The notes under the pieces are model-generated. The model was not told the DNA's origin, made no database searches, and was given only the letters and a program-made list of their open reading frames with translations. A DNA stretch of 64,000 nt from Elusimicrobia bacterium GWA2_62_23 (GTDB taxonomy: Bacteria; Elusimicrobiota; Elusimicrobia; Elusimicrobiales; UBA9959): contig MGTV01000029.1 in NCBI GenBank assembly GCA_001799635.1, positions 65,309-129,308 of the forward strand, read 5' to 3'. This document shows, one piece after another, positions 27,764-37,233 of the stretch. The translations under genes were made by a program, and so were the position numbers. Numbering within the stretch: the first letter of the stretch is position 1; every line of letters begins with the position of its first letter.

Positions 27764-29230
27764 CTACCGGTCCCTGCCGGCCGGGGCCTCGCCCGCCATT
27801 TCATCCAGGAAAGCGCTGTAATGCACGGCCCTGGCCGAGGGGAAAGCGGCCTTCAGGCCGGAATTGATCTGGATGAGGCAGGACGTCGCGCCCACCACCA
27901 CGGTGTCCGCCTGTACCGAGGCTATGTTGCGCAGTTTGCGGTCCAGCACTTTCGCGGACAGCTCCGGCTGCGTGAAGGCGAAAGCGCCGGCCCCGCCGCA
28001 GCACCAGTCGCTTTCCGGCAGCTCCACGTAGGCGCGGCCGGCCAGTTTGTGCAGCGCGGTCCGCGGTTCCTTGCGGATGCCCTGGCCGTGGCAGGCCCGG
28101 CAGGAATCGTGGTAGGTGACCTTGCCGGCCTTCTTGAGCGCTTCCGGGGCGGGATGGGGGAGTTTGTCCGCGGGAACGAATTCCAGGATGTCCTTCACCG
28201 CCGCGGCGAAGGCGGCCGCCCGCGGGCGCCACAAGTCGTCGCCGGTGAAGAGCTGCTCGTAGGACTTCATGAAGGCGCAGCAGGAGGAGCAGTCGGCTAT
28301 CACGGGGAAATCCCCCAGCGCGGCCTTGAGCTCTTCGTAGCGCAGGATGTTGCGGCGCGCGAATTCCCTGGCGTCCTCGAGGCGGCCGTAATTGTGGGCC
28401 AGCAGGCCGCAGCACTGGTTCTCTATGAAGACGCCCTCGCCGGCGTGCCGGCGCAGCACCCGCACGGTGGCCAGCGCCACGTCGGTAAAGAGGTAGTTGG
28501 GGCCGCAGGCCGCGAAGTAGGCCCAGTTCACAGCCGTCCTGCCGTCGGTCTTCAGGGCGGGGTCCTTGCGCAGCAGGTCCGCGGCGAAGCGCAGCGGTAC
28601 CCGGTCCAGGGCGCCCTCGGCGTCGGCCAGGCCCGGCATGCCGAGGAGATCGTAAAGGCCCAGCCGGGCGGCCAGGCGCGGCAGGCCGGTGAGCTTGGCC
28701 AGGTAGGCGAGCTTGAGCCAGAAGGAGAAAAGCCCCGGGGCGTCAAGCAGCGTCTTCACCGCGGCGCGGGCGAAGAAATTGTCGCCGTAGCCATCCAGCG
28801 CGCGGCGGCCTTCCAGCACTATATCCGGCGTGGGAACCTTGGCGTAGCAGGCGCTGGAACAGGCGCCGCAGAGCAGGCAGGTGGAAAGGGCCTCAGCCGC
28901 GTCGGCCGGGTCCTTGGCTTTGCCTTCCACCAGCAGGCGCATGAACTGATTGCGGCCCCTGGCGGAAATGGTCTCGCGCCCGGTCAGCATGTAGGTGGGG
29001 CAGGCGGTCTCGCAGTAGCCGCAGCGGTTGCACTGCGCGGCCGCGTCGTAAATTGTGCGCTCGCCCAGGTCCGTCAGCAGGGAGTTGAGGTGCCGCCCGG
29101 AGCTTTCGTGGACGTACAGTTCGTTGACGTCGCTGGGAAAATGCGAGGTAACGGAGTTGAGCAGGGAGGGGTCGGCGTCCCGGCGCTCTTTCTCCTCCGG
29201 TTCTTCGGCGTAGCGCGTATGTTTTATCAT
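27764..29230 (-). CDS. (Fe-S)-binding oxidoreductase subunit, GlcF-like (2x 4Fe-4S motifs plus CCG domains)
   Basis: 488 aa with CNRCGYCETACP, CLLCGACSSACY and CCG-type motifs (CCGLL, WCCGGAG). There is a 4-nt overlap with the upstream FAD oxidase gene. Confidence 0.8.
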   Translation of the reverse strand: MIKHTRYAEEPEEKERRDADPSLLNSVTSHFPSDVNELYVHESSGRHLNSLLTDLGERTIYDAAAQCNRCGYCETACPTYMLTGRETISARGRNQFMRLLVEGKAKDPADAAEALSTCLLCGACSSACYAKVPTPDIVLEGRRALDGYGDNFFARAAVKTLLDAPGLFSFWLKLAYLAKLTGLPRLAARLGLYDLLGMPGLADAEGALDRVPLRFAADLLRKDPALKTDGRTAVNWAYFAACGPNYLFTDVALATVRVLRRHAGEGVFIENQCCGLLAHNYGRLEDAREFARRNILRYEELKAALGDFPVIADCSSCCAFMKSYEQLFTGDDLWRPRAAAFAAAVKDILEFVPADKLPHPAPEALKKAGKVTYHDSCRACHGQGIRKEPRTALHKLAGRAYVELPESDWCCGGAGAFAFTQPELSAKVLDRKLRNIASVQADTVVVGATSCLIQINSGLKAAFPSARAVHYSAFLDEMAGEAPAGRDR

Positions 29231-31296
29231 AAGTCCTTACCGCCCGCCGCCGGCTCCCGGTAGAGCCACGGATTCAGCAGGTTGCCCGGGTCCAGCGCCC
29301 GCTTCAGGCGGCGATGGTACTCGTCGGGCTCGAAAGCGTCCCAGCCGGCCGGCTCCTCGAAGGCCGCGTGCTGGCGCCTGGCGCCGGCGGTCAGCGCGAA
29401 GGTGGCGGCGATGATGACGCCGTAGGCGCCCATGGAGCCGCAGAAAAGTTTTACCGCGTCGTAGCCGGCCACGTTCTTGACGGTGCGGCCGCCCAGTTCC
29501 AGGAGCTCCCCGTCGGCGGTGACGATCTCCAGGCCCAGCAGCACGTCGCGGATGCCGGGGAAGACCTTGGAGGCTATAAGGCCGCCCACGCTGCCCTTCA
29601 GGTCGGGCAGCTCCAGGTTGAGCCCCGCGTCCTTGAGCTGCGCGCGGAACTCCTCCAGCGGCAGGCCCGCCTCCGCGCGGGCGGTGAGATTCTCCCGGTC
29701 TATGACCGCGCGGCCCCGCAGGGACTTCAGGTCCAGCGGTTTGGTGCCTTCCATGAGCTTGTCCGCTTTGAGGCGCGTGCCGAGGCCGGTCACGGCCGTG
29801 CGGGCACCGCTGCGGGCGCGCAGGCGCAGTTCGTCCACCACGGTCCTGGCTTCCGGGCTCAGGGAGGCGCGCTCCGCCAGGCCTTCCGGCGGGCCCTCGG
29901 CCCTGGCGTCGGAGGCCACCGGCAGGATCTTGTCGGGGTTGGCCAGGCCGGCCGGGTCGAAGGCGTCCTTTATCTTGCGGAAAAAATCCAGTTCGGCGCG
30001 GCCGTAAAGCCAGTTCATGGCCACGCGTTTTTCCACGCCTATGCCGTGCTCACCGGAGATGGTGCCGCCGAGGCCTATGCAGGATTTCAGGATCTCGTAG
30101 CCGGCTTTCTTCACCCTTTTCACTTCCTGGATGTCCCGGCGGTCGAAAACGATGTTGGGGTGCAGGTTGCCGTCGCCGGCGTGGAAAAGCAGCCCGGCGG
30201 TCAGCTTGTATTTGGAGAGGATCTCCCGGGTCTGGCGCAGGGCCTCGGGCAGGCGGGGGCGCGGCACCACGCCGTCCTCCACCAGCACGTCCGGGGCCAG
30301 GCGGGCCATGGCGGGGTAGGCGCCCTTGCGGGCGCTCCAGAGCAGGTCGCGCTCGGCCTCGTCCGCGGCCACCCTGAAGGCGGCGCACTTGGAATGCTCG
30401 CAGATCTTTTTTACGTCCTCGAACTCGCGTTTGACCTTTACCGCGTCCGCGCCGTCGAGCTCGATGATGAGCACCGCCTCGGTGCCGGACGGGAACGGGC
30501 TTTCCTTGCCGTTCAGGGCCGCGTCCAGCGAGACCGCGTCCATGGCTTCCAGCGCCCGGGGCACTATGCCGTCGCCGATGATCCTGGTGACGGCGCTCAT
30601 GGCGTCGTCCATGGACTTGAAGGCTGCGGAAGAGGTTTTGATGTGCCGGGGAATGGGGAGGATCTTAAGCCAGGCGTGGGTGACTATGCACAAAGTGCCT
30701 TCGGAGCCCACCATGAGGCTCATCAGGTCCGGGCCGGGATCGCGGTAGGACCAGGTCTTTACCTCGCCTTCGGGCGTGACCAGTTCCAGTTTCTCGACGT
30801 TGTCGGAGGTGACGCCGTATTTAAGGCAGAGCGGGCCGCCGGCGTTCTCGCCTATGTTGCCGCCTATGGTGCAGACTTTCTGGCTGGCCGGGTCCGGGGC
30901 GTAGAAGTAGCCGTACGGCTCCAGGGCCTTCTGCAGCTCGAGGTTGACCACGCCGGGCTCCACTAGGGCCAGCCGCGCGGCGGTGTCTATCTGGCGGATC
31001 TTCTTGAGGCGCGAGAGGTTGAGCACCGCCCCGCCCTTGAGCGGGATGGTGCCGCCGGAAAGATTGGTGCCGGCGAGGCGCGGGAGGAAAGGCACGCCGG
31101 CCCGGTGTAAAACCTTCACCACCGGGGCCACCTGGTCGGCCGCGGTGAAGTTGATGACGACTTCCGGCCTGGCCCGGGCCATGCCGGCGTCGTAGGAGTA
31201 CATCAGGATCTCCGCCTCTTCGGTGCGGACGTTCCCGGTGCCCACTATGGCTTCCAGTTCGGGCTTCAGGGCGGAGATTCTTTCGGTTTTGAACAT
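29227..31296 (-). CDS. FAD-linked oxidase, apparent GlcD-GlcE fusion
   Basis: 689 aa. The N-terminal ~460 aa look like GlcD/D-lactate-dehydrogenase type (FAD_binding_4 plus FAD-oxidase_C; ISGEHGIG). The C-terminal ~220 aa resemble a second, GlcE-like FAD-binding module. Confidence 0.75.
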   Translation of the reverse strand: MFKTERISALKPELEAIVGTGNVRTEEAEILMYSYDAGMARARPEVVINFTAADQVAPVVKVLHRAGVPFLPRLAGTNLSGGTIPLKGGAVLNLSRLKKIRQIDTAARLALVEPGVVNLELQKALEPYGYFYAPDPASQKVCTIGGNIGENAGGPLCLKYGVTSDNVEKLELVTPEGEVKTWSYRDPGPDLMSLMVGSEGTLCIVTHAWLKILPIPRHIKTSSAAFKSMDDAMSAVTRIIGDGIVPRALEAMDAVSLDAALNGKESPFPSGTEAVLIIELDGADAVKVKREFEDVKKICEHSKCAAFRVAADEAERDLLWSARKGAYPAMARLAPDVLVEDGVVPRPRLPEALRQTREILSKYKLTAGLLFHAGDGNLHPNIVFDRRDIQEVKRVKKAGYEILKSCIGLGGTISGEHGIGVEKRVAMNWLYGRAELDFFRKIKDAFDPAGLANPDKILPVASDARAEGPPEGLAERASLSPEARTVVDELRLRARSGARTAVTGLGTRLKADKLMEGTKPLDLKSLRGRAVIDRENLTARAEAGLPLEEFRAQLKDAGLNLELPDLKGSVGGLIASKVFPGIRDVLLGLEIVTADGELLELGGRTVKNVAGYDAVKLFCGSMGAYGVIIAATFALTAGARRQHAAFEEPAGWDAFEPDEYHRRLKRALDPGNLLNPWLYREPAAGGKDL

Positions 31297-31364
31297 ATTT
31301 TTCGCGACGGCGGCCTGGGGCGGGAACCTCCCGCCCGGCCGTTTCCTTATCCGACGTCAGCCGC

Positions 31365-32750
31365 TTATTTAGCGGGCTTGAGCTTGGCGGTGAAATGCGG
31401 CAGGATCGCCGGGGCTTCCACCACTTCCAGGCCCTTTATGGACTTCTTGTTCTTCGCCAGCCAGCCGAAGACCTCTATCACGTAATCTATGTGGCTCTGC
31501 GTGTACACGCGCCGCGGCATGGCCAGGCGCACCAGTTCCATGGGCGCGGCCAGATACTTGCCGTCCTTGTCGCGCTTGCCGAACATCAGCGTGCCTATTT
31601 CCACGCCGCGGATGCCGCCTTCCAGGTACAGCGCGCAGGCCAGGGCCTGGGCGGGGAAGTTCTGCGGCTTGATATGCGGCAGGAACTCCTTGGCGTTCAC
31701 GTAGACGCCGTGGCCGCCGGGCGGGTTGATGATCGGCACGCCGTGTTTGAGGAGCCCCTCGCCGAGGTAGGCGGAGGAGCGGATGCGGTACTGCAGGTAA
31801 TTCTCGTCGAGCACTTCGCGCAGGCCTATGGCGATGGCTTCCAGGTCGCGGCCGGCCAGGCCGCCGTAGGTGTTGAAGCCCTCGGTCAGGATGAGCATCT
31901 GCCGGGCCTTGGCGCTCCAGTCGCGGTTGTTCATGGCCAGGAAGCCGCCGATGTTCACCAGCGCGTCCTTCTTGGAGCTCATCCAGGCGCCGTCGGCCAG
32001 CTCGAACATCTCCTCGGCGATCTCCTTCACCGGGCACTGCGCGTAGCCTTTCTCGCGCAGCTTGATAAAATAGGCGTTCTCGGCGAAGCGCGCGCAGTCC
32101 AGGAACATGGGGATGCCGTACTTGGCGGTGAGGTTGCGCACCGCCTTGAGGTTCTCCATGGAGACCGGCTGGCCGCCCAGCGAGTTGTTGGTGACGGTCA
32201 TGACGCAGAGGGGGATGTTCCTGGCGCCTTTCGCTTTTATGAACTTCTCCATGGCGGCCACGTCGGCGTTGCCCTTGAACGGGGCCGGTTTGCCGAAGTC
32301 GAGCGCGCCCTTGGCCGGGAAGTCCATGGCTTCGGAGCCGGAGAATTCCACGTTGGCCCGGGTGGTGTCGAAATGGGAGTTGGAGATGATGGTCTTGCCC
32401 TTGCCGCCTATCACGCCGAACAGGATCTTCTCGGCCGCGCGGCCCTGGTGCACGGGGATCACCTCGTCGAAGCCGGTGAGGCCTTTTATCTCGGCCTCGA
32501 AGTTGTAGTAGCTGCGCGCGCCGGCGTAGCTCTCGTCGCCCACCATGATGCCGCCCCACTGCGCCGCGCTCATGGCGCCGGTGCCGGAGTCGGTCAGCAT
32601 GTCTATCAGGACCTTCTCGGCCTTGATGTTAAAAAGGTTGTAGTGAGCCTGCTCGAGGGCGGTCATGCGCTCCTCGCGGGTGGTGATGCCGAGCGGCTCC
32701 ACGCTCTTTATCTTGAACGGCTCTATGATGGTCTTCCATTTCCATTCCAT
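31365..32750 (-). CDS. Beta-eliminating lyase (tryptophanase / tyrosine phenol-lyase family), PLP-dependent
   Basis: 461 aa with IIEPFKIKSVEP, DMLTDSGTGAMS and SSKKDALVNIGGFL (PLP-lysine context). Confidence 0.85.
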   Translation of the reverse strand: MEWKWKTIIEPFKIKSVEPLGITTREERMTALEQAHYNLFNIKAEKVLIDMLTDSGTGAMSAAQWGGIMVGDESYAGARSYYNFEAEIKGLTGFDEVIPVHQGRAAEKILFGVIGGKGKTIISNSHFDTTRANVEFSGSEAMDFPAKGALDFGKPAPFKGNADVAAMEKFIKAKGARNIPLCVMTVTNNSLGGQPVSMENLKAVRNLTAKYGIPMFLDCARFAENAYFIKLREKGYAQCPVKEIAEEMFELADGAWMSSKKDALVNIGGFLAMNNRDWSAKARQMLILTEGFNTYGGLAGRDLEAIAIGLREVLDENYLQYRIRSSAYLGEGLLKHGVPIINPPGGHGVYVNAKEFLPHIKPQNFPAQALACALYLEGGIRGVEIGTLMFGKRDKDGKYLAAPMELVRLAMPRRVYTQSHIDYVIEVFGWLAKNKKSIKGLEVVEAPAILPHFTAKLKPAK

Positions 32751-32762
32751 GGTGTTCTCCTT

Positions 32763-33812
32763 TTACTTTACCAGCAAAGTCATCAGAACGAAGTAGCCCA
32801 GCATCAGCAGGGCGCCGGGCAGCAGGGCGACCTTGGCCCATTCGCGCGACTTGATGCCCAGTTTGGCCGAGCTGATGATGTTGGGGATATTCCCGGGGAT
32901 CAGCATGCCACCGGAGATCAAAAGCCCCATAAGTATGAAAGTTATCTGCCTGTCGGTCATGGCCGGGGTTATTTCGGCGGCGGCCAGGGTTGCGTTGTCG
33001 AGCACGGCGGAAATGGAGTTGGCCCAGTACAGCGCCCAGGTGGGCATCTTCAGCATGTAGCGCTCCGCCAGCGGCGTCAGGCCGGCCCCGAGGAAGACCA
33101 GCGCCATCACAAAAAGATAAACCTTGCCTGCCCGCTTGAGGATGTCCGTGTTGCTGTCGGGGGAGTCCTCTTCGAGCCCTGCGGATTGACTTACGGCCGC
33201 CTTGGCGCCGCGCGCCGCCAGGGCGGCGCAGAGCAGTACTCCGGGGACCACCCAGGCGCCTACCTGCTGGAACAGATAGAAGAAATCGGCGTCATGGGGC
33301 GGGCCCTTCAGCTTGGCCACCACTATGGTGGAGAGCGGCTCGCCCAGCGGCGTAAGCGCGGCGCCCAGCCCTATGGCGTAACAGGCGTAGACCGTAAGCC
33401 GTATTTCGAAGGCGCGGTTGAATTTAAGGAGCGTAACCACTTCCGCCAGGATTATCGCCGAAACTATGGCCGTAAGGAAGCTTGAGCCCAGGCCCAGCAG
33501 CGCTACCACTATGAAGACGGCGCCCGGCAGGCCTGCCCGTTGGACAAGGGCGTTGAGCCAGCCTTTCAGGCGGGAACGCACGCCGCGGAAGAGAAAGCCT
33601 ACCACGCCCACGGCTACCGTTATAGGCAGGGGCTCTTTCAGCGCCTCGTGCACCAGGTGCAGGCTCCAGAGTCCGGAGATGCTTACGGCGGCCATGCCCA
33701 TTACGAACAGGAAGGCCTCCAGGTCCTCCTCCACCCGTTTTACGGAAAAAGGGAGTACCAACGTCAGGGCCATGACCACTGCCAGGCCCGCCACTATCAG
33801 ATAGTCAGTCAT
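32763..33812 (-). CDS. Polytopic membrane protein, DUF1646-like putative transporter
   Basis: 349 aa with about 10 hydrophobic helices. The N-terminus (MTDYLIVAGLAVVMALTLVLPFSVKRVEEDLEAFLF) resembles the DUF1646 family from my memory. It ends 12 nt upstream of the lyase gene. Confidence 0.55.
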   Translation of the reverse strand: MTDYLIVAGLAVVMALTLVLPFSVKRVEEDLEAFLFVMGMAAVSISGLWSLHLVHEALKEPLPITVAVGVVGFLFRGVRSRLKGWLNALVQRAGLPGAVFIVVALLGLGSSFLTAIVSAIILAEVVTLLKFNRAFEIRLTVYACYAIGLGAALTPLGEPLSTIVVAKLKGPPHDADFFYLFQQVGAWVVPGVLLCAALAARGAKAAVSQSAGLEEDSPDSNTDILKRAGKVYLFVMALVFLGAGLTPLAERYMLKMPTWALYWANSISAVLDNATLAAAEITPAMTDRQITFILMGLLISGGMLIPGNIPNIISSAKLGIKSREWAKVALLPGALLMLGYFVLMTLLVK

Positions 33813-33876
33813 AGTTTCCTTGCCATTGCGCTATGATTAATATTTTAATATTTTAAATAGGCGGTACAAAAGCGCT

Positions 33877-34809
33877 ATGTTCAAATTCAGACGCCCTGTG
33901 GGGCTTTTTCTTTGCGGCGGCGGCGCGCTGGGGTCCTGGCAGTCCGGGGTCCTGGCCGAGCTCGTGCGCCAGGGCCTGCATTTCGACGCCGTGGCCGGCT
34001 TCAGCATAGGTTCCCTGAACGGGGCCGCGTACTGCTACAACAAGACGCATGAACTGCGCCAGATCTGGAGCGGCCTGGAGCCCTCCAGGATACTGCGCTT
34101 CAGCCCCCGTTACTACCGCATCCCGCTGGAACTTTACCAGCAGGCCGGCGGCAGCCCGGTCACCCGCATGAACTTCTTCGTGCAGAACCAGCTCTCCAAG
34201 CTTACCCTGTTCTCCAGCCAGCCGGTGCGCGAGTTGCTCAATAACTGGCTGGCCCGCAGCGGCCCAAAGTTCAGCCGCAACATCAAGTTCTACGTGATCA
34301 GCCACGCCGTGGAGATGAAGCTGCCGTATATCTCGGCTTTCGACGGGTCCACCAGGGGGCCCAACCTCTCCTTCATTGACGCGCTGATGGCCAGCTGTTC
34401 CATCCCCATGATCTTCCCGCCGGTGCCGGTGAACGAGCACGGCCGCCAGTACCACCTGGTGGACGGCGGCGTGATCGGCATAGCCAACATAAACCTCAAC
34501 ATCTTCGAGGGCTGCCGCACGGTCATCATGATCGGCAATTCGCGCGAAGAGGACCTGAATTTCCCGGCGCAGGGCCCCTTCGGCCAGTTCGAGCGGAAAG
34601 CCAGGCGCATGCTGGCCATCCATACCCAGAAGATCTACGAATCCCGCGTTTTCATCAAGTCCGAGCCCGACGTTTACCTCATAAAGCCGCCGACGGACCT
34701 GGGCGTGGGCCTGCTGGAGTTCGACGGCAAGAAATGCGACAGGGCCTTCGGCATAGGCGAGTCCGAGGCCAACAACTTCCTGCGCGGCATGGAACGGGGA
34801 GACCGTTGA
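33877..34809 (+). CDS. Patatin-like phospholipase
   Basis: 310 aa with CGGGALGSWQ (oxyanion GGG), GFSIGSLNG (GxSxG) and a VDGG Asp dyad motif. Confidence 0.8.
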   Translation: MFKFRRPVGLFLCGGGALGSWQSGVLAELVRQGLHFDAVAGFSIGSLNGAAYCYNKTHELRQIWSGLEPSRILRFSPRYYRIPLELYQQAGGSPVTRMNFFVQNQLSKLTLFSSQPVRELLNNWLARSGPKFSRNIKFYVISHAVEMKLPYISAFDGSTRGPNLSFIDALMASCSIPMIFPPVPVNEHGRQYHLVDGGVIGIANINLNIFEGCRTVIMIGNSREEDLNFPAQGPFGQFERKARRMLAIHTQKIYESRVFIKSEPDVYLIKPPTDLGVGLLEFDGKKCDRAFGIGESEANNFLRGMERGDR

Positions 34810-34810
34810 G

Positions 34811-35647
34811 ATGACCGAATTCACCCTGCCGCTCTTCCTCGGTCTGCTGGGTTTCGGCGGCTTTATCGGCCTGCTGGGCTCGGCGCTGGGCGTGGGCGGC
34901 GGCATCTTCATGGTTCCTTTCCTGGTGCTGGTCCTGAAGCTGCCCATGCATCAGGCGGTGGCGGCGTCGCTGGTGGCCATAGTGGCCACCTCCAGCGCGG
35001 TGGCCGCCGTGAACGTGGAGCGCGGCCTGGCCAACATCCGCCTTGGGATAACGCTGGAACTGACCACCGCGATAGGTTCTATCGTAGGCGCCCTGGCGGC
35101 CAGCCGCCTGCCCGCCGGCGCGCTGCAGCTCCTGTTCGCCCTGATGCTTTTCCCTGTTTCCGTGCTGATGTTCCTGAAGGGCCGGCGGCCCGCCGCCGCG
35201 CCGGCCGTTCCCGCCGGGCCCGGCACCGCCTTCGACGGGGCCTTTTTCGACCCGGCCGCCGCCGGCCACACGCCCTACCGGGTGCGCAACATGACGCCGG
35301 CCTCTTTCGTCTCCTTTTTCGCCGGCTCCCTGTCGGGCCTGCTGGGCATAGGCGGCGGCATAGTGCAGGTGCCGGTGATGAACCTGCTCTGCGGAGTGCC
35401 CATGAAAGCGGCCGCGGCCACCAGCAACTTCATCATAGGCGTGTCGGCGGCGGCCAGCGCCTACGTTTACTTCAGGCGGGGCCTGGTGCCGCTCGAGATC
35501 ACCGCGGTGATGGTGGCCGGCGTGCTGGCCGGTTCCTTCCTGGGGATCTACGCCCTTTATAAGGCGCGCTCCGAGAAGCTGCAACTGGTCTTCTCGGTGC
35601 TGACGCTGCTGGTGGGGATCAAAATGCTCATGAAGGTGCTGGGATGA
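34811..35647 (+). CDS. TauE/SafE (TSUP) family anion exporter
   Basis: 278 aa with two internal repeats of GxGGG-containing helices (LGVGGGIFMVP, LGIGGGIVQVP). Confidence 0.8.
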   Translation: MTEFTLPLFLGLLGFGGFIGLLGSALGVGGGIFMVPFLVLVLKLPMHQAVAASLVAIVATSSAVAAVNVERGLANIRLGITLELTTAIGSIVGALAASRLPAGALQLLFALMLFPVSVLMFLKGRRPAAAPAVPAGPGTAFDGAFFDPAAAGHTPYRVRNMTPASFVSFFAGSLSGLLGIGGGIVQVPVMNLLCGVPMKAAAATSNFIIGVSAAASAYVYFRRGLVPLEITAVMVAGVLAGSFLGIYALYKARSEKLQLVFSVLTLLVGIKMLMKVLG

Positions 35648-35919
35648 TAACCGAGAAAGATTTCGGCCGCCTGATACAGCGCACCCTGCTCGCGGGGGTA
35701 TTCCTGAGCTCCCTGCTGATGCTGGCCGGTTTCGGCTTCCTCGCGGCCGGCCTGCCGCCGGGCCGGGCCCTGCTCAAGGCGGGGGTACTGGTGCTGCTCG
35801 TTACGCCGGCCGCCCGCGTGGCCATGCTGGTTTACGGCTACCTGCGCGGGGGCGAGCATTATTTCGCGCTGGCTTCTTTCATGGTGCTGGCGCTGCTGCT
35901 GATTTCCGCGCTGGTCTAG
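35644..35919 (+). CDS. Small membrane protein (DUF1634-like) coupled to the TauE gene
   Basis: 91 aa with 3 hydrophobic helices. It has a 4-nt overlap with the TauE gene, a pairing commonly seen for DUF1634. Confidence 0.55.
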   Translation: MITEKDFGRLIQRTLLAGVFLSSLLMLAGFGFLAAGLPPGRALLKAGVLVLLVTPAARVAMLVYGYLRGGEHYFALASFMVLALLLISALV

Positions 35920-35927
35920 GTGAATTT

Positions 35928-37181
35928 ATGAAAACACTGCTTCTGCTCCTCGCGTTCTGCTGCGTTCCCGCCGCCGCCCAGCCGCTGGCCCAGCCGGCCA
36001 CGGCCACGGCTCCCGCCGACGACGAGGGGCTCGGCCCCGCGCTGGTGGACCTCAACGCCTCTACCAGGCCTTTCACGCTCAGCCCCGGCGCCGACGAGCG
36101 CTACGACCGCGGCATAGCCCGTATGTACCGCCTGGAATTCGACCAGGCCGAGGCGGAATTCCGCGAGATAGTGCGGCTTTCCCCCGAAAGTCCGTCCGGC
36201 TATTTCGCGCTGGCCGCCCTTTCCTGGTGGCGCTATTCCCAGAATTTCGACATGCAGGGCAGCTTCAAGGCCGTGGAGAACGAGTTCATCTCCAATTCGG
36301 ACAAGGTCATAGAACTCTCAAAACGCATGGTGCGGGAAGGGCGCGACCTGGACCAGGCCTACTTTTTCATGGGCAGCGCCTACGGCCTGCAGGGCCGCTG
36401 GTACGCCGTGCAGCGCAGCTGGTGGAGCGCCTACACGCGCGGCAAGAAGGGGCGCAAGTTCCTCAAGAAATGCGTGGAGGTGAACCCCGCCGTCTACGAC
36501 GCCTTCCTGGGCCTCGGCATCTTCGACTATTACGCCGCCACGCTGCCCGGGGCGCTGGGCCTGGGGGCCAAGCTGTTCGTGGGCGGGGACAGGGCGCACG
36601 GCATGCAGTACGTGAAGCTCGCCAAGGAGAAGGGCCGCTTCTTCAAGGTGGAAGCGCGGTTCTTCCTCATAGAGATCTACTCCATGCACGAGAAGGATTT
36701 CAAGGCGGCCTACGCCGAGACCGAAGGCCTGCGCCTGCTGGACCCCACCAACATGCTGTTCCGCGTGGGCGAGATCATGACCCATATCCAGGCCAGGGAT
36801 TGGCCGGCCGTGCTGGCCGAGAGCGAGGCCTTCCTGGGCGCCTGGCAATTGAAGCAGCAGAAAGGGCTGGAGACGCAGCTGGCCATGATCTACCTGTCGG
36901 CCGGCGACGCGCTCATAGCCATGAACCGCTACGAGGAAGCCGTGCAGTGGCTGACCACGGGCATAGAGAAGACCGGGTTCCCGGAGAAAGGCTGGGTGAC
37001 CTACTGCTACCTGCGCCGCGCCCAGGCCCTGGACCTGCTCGGCCGCCGGGCGGATGCCCTGCCCGATTACAGGACCGCGGCCTCCCGCCCGAATTTCTGG
37101 GACTCGAAAAAATACGCCAAGGCCGGGCTGAGGAAGGCCCCGGACTACAAGGAAGTCTACCGCCAGATGACGGTGGACTAG
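35928..37181 (+). CDS. Secreted TPR-repeat protein
   Basis: 417 aa with a signal peptide (MKTLLLLLAFCCVPAAA). It has helical, TPR-like repeats (YFALAALSWW, AYFFMGSAYGLQGRW, IYLSAGDALIAMNRYEEA). Confidence 0.6.
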   Translation: MKTLLLLLAFCCVPAAAQPLAQPATATAPADDEGLGPALVDLNASTRPFTLSPGADERYDRGIARMYRLEFDQAEAEFREIVRLSPESPSGYFALAALSWWRYSQNFDMQGSFKAVENEFISNSDKVIELSKRMVREGRDLDQAYFFMGSAYGLQGRWYAVQRSWWSAYTRGKKGRKFLKKCVEVNPAVYDAFLGLGIFDYYAATLPGALGLGAKLFVGGDRAHGMQYVKLAKEKGRFFKVEARFFLIEIYSMHEKDFKAAYAETEGLRLLDPTNMLFRVGEIMTHIQARDWPAVLAESEAFLGAWQLKQQKGLETQLAMIYLSAGDALIAMNRYEEAVQWLTTGIEKTGFPEKGWVTYCYLRRAQALDLLGRRADALPDYRTAASRPNFWDSKKYAKAGLRKAPDYKEVYRQMTVD

Positions 37182-37233
37182 GCGCGGCGGGGTTAAAGCT
37201 TTTCTATAATATCCGCAGGGAGAAAATGAGATC

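Noticed and set aside
31395-33485. 696-aa + strand ORF
   Set aside because: It lies antisense to the well-supported tryptophanase-family lyase and the DUF1646-like membrane protein. The translation is low-complexity (G/A/V/H/L-rich) with no motifs.
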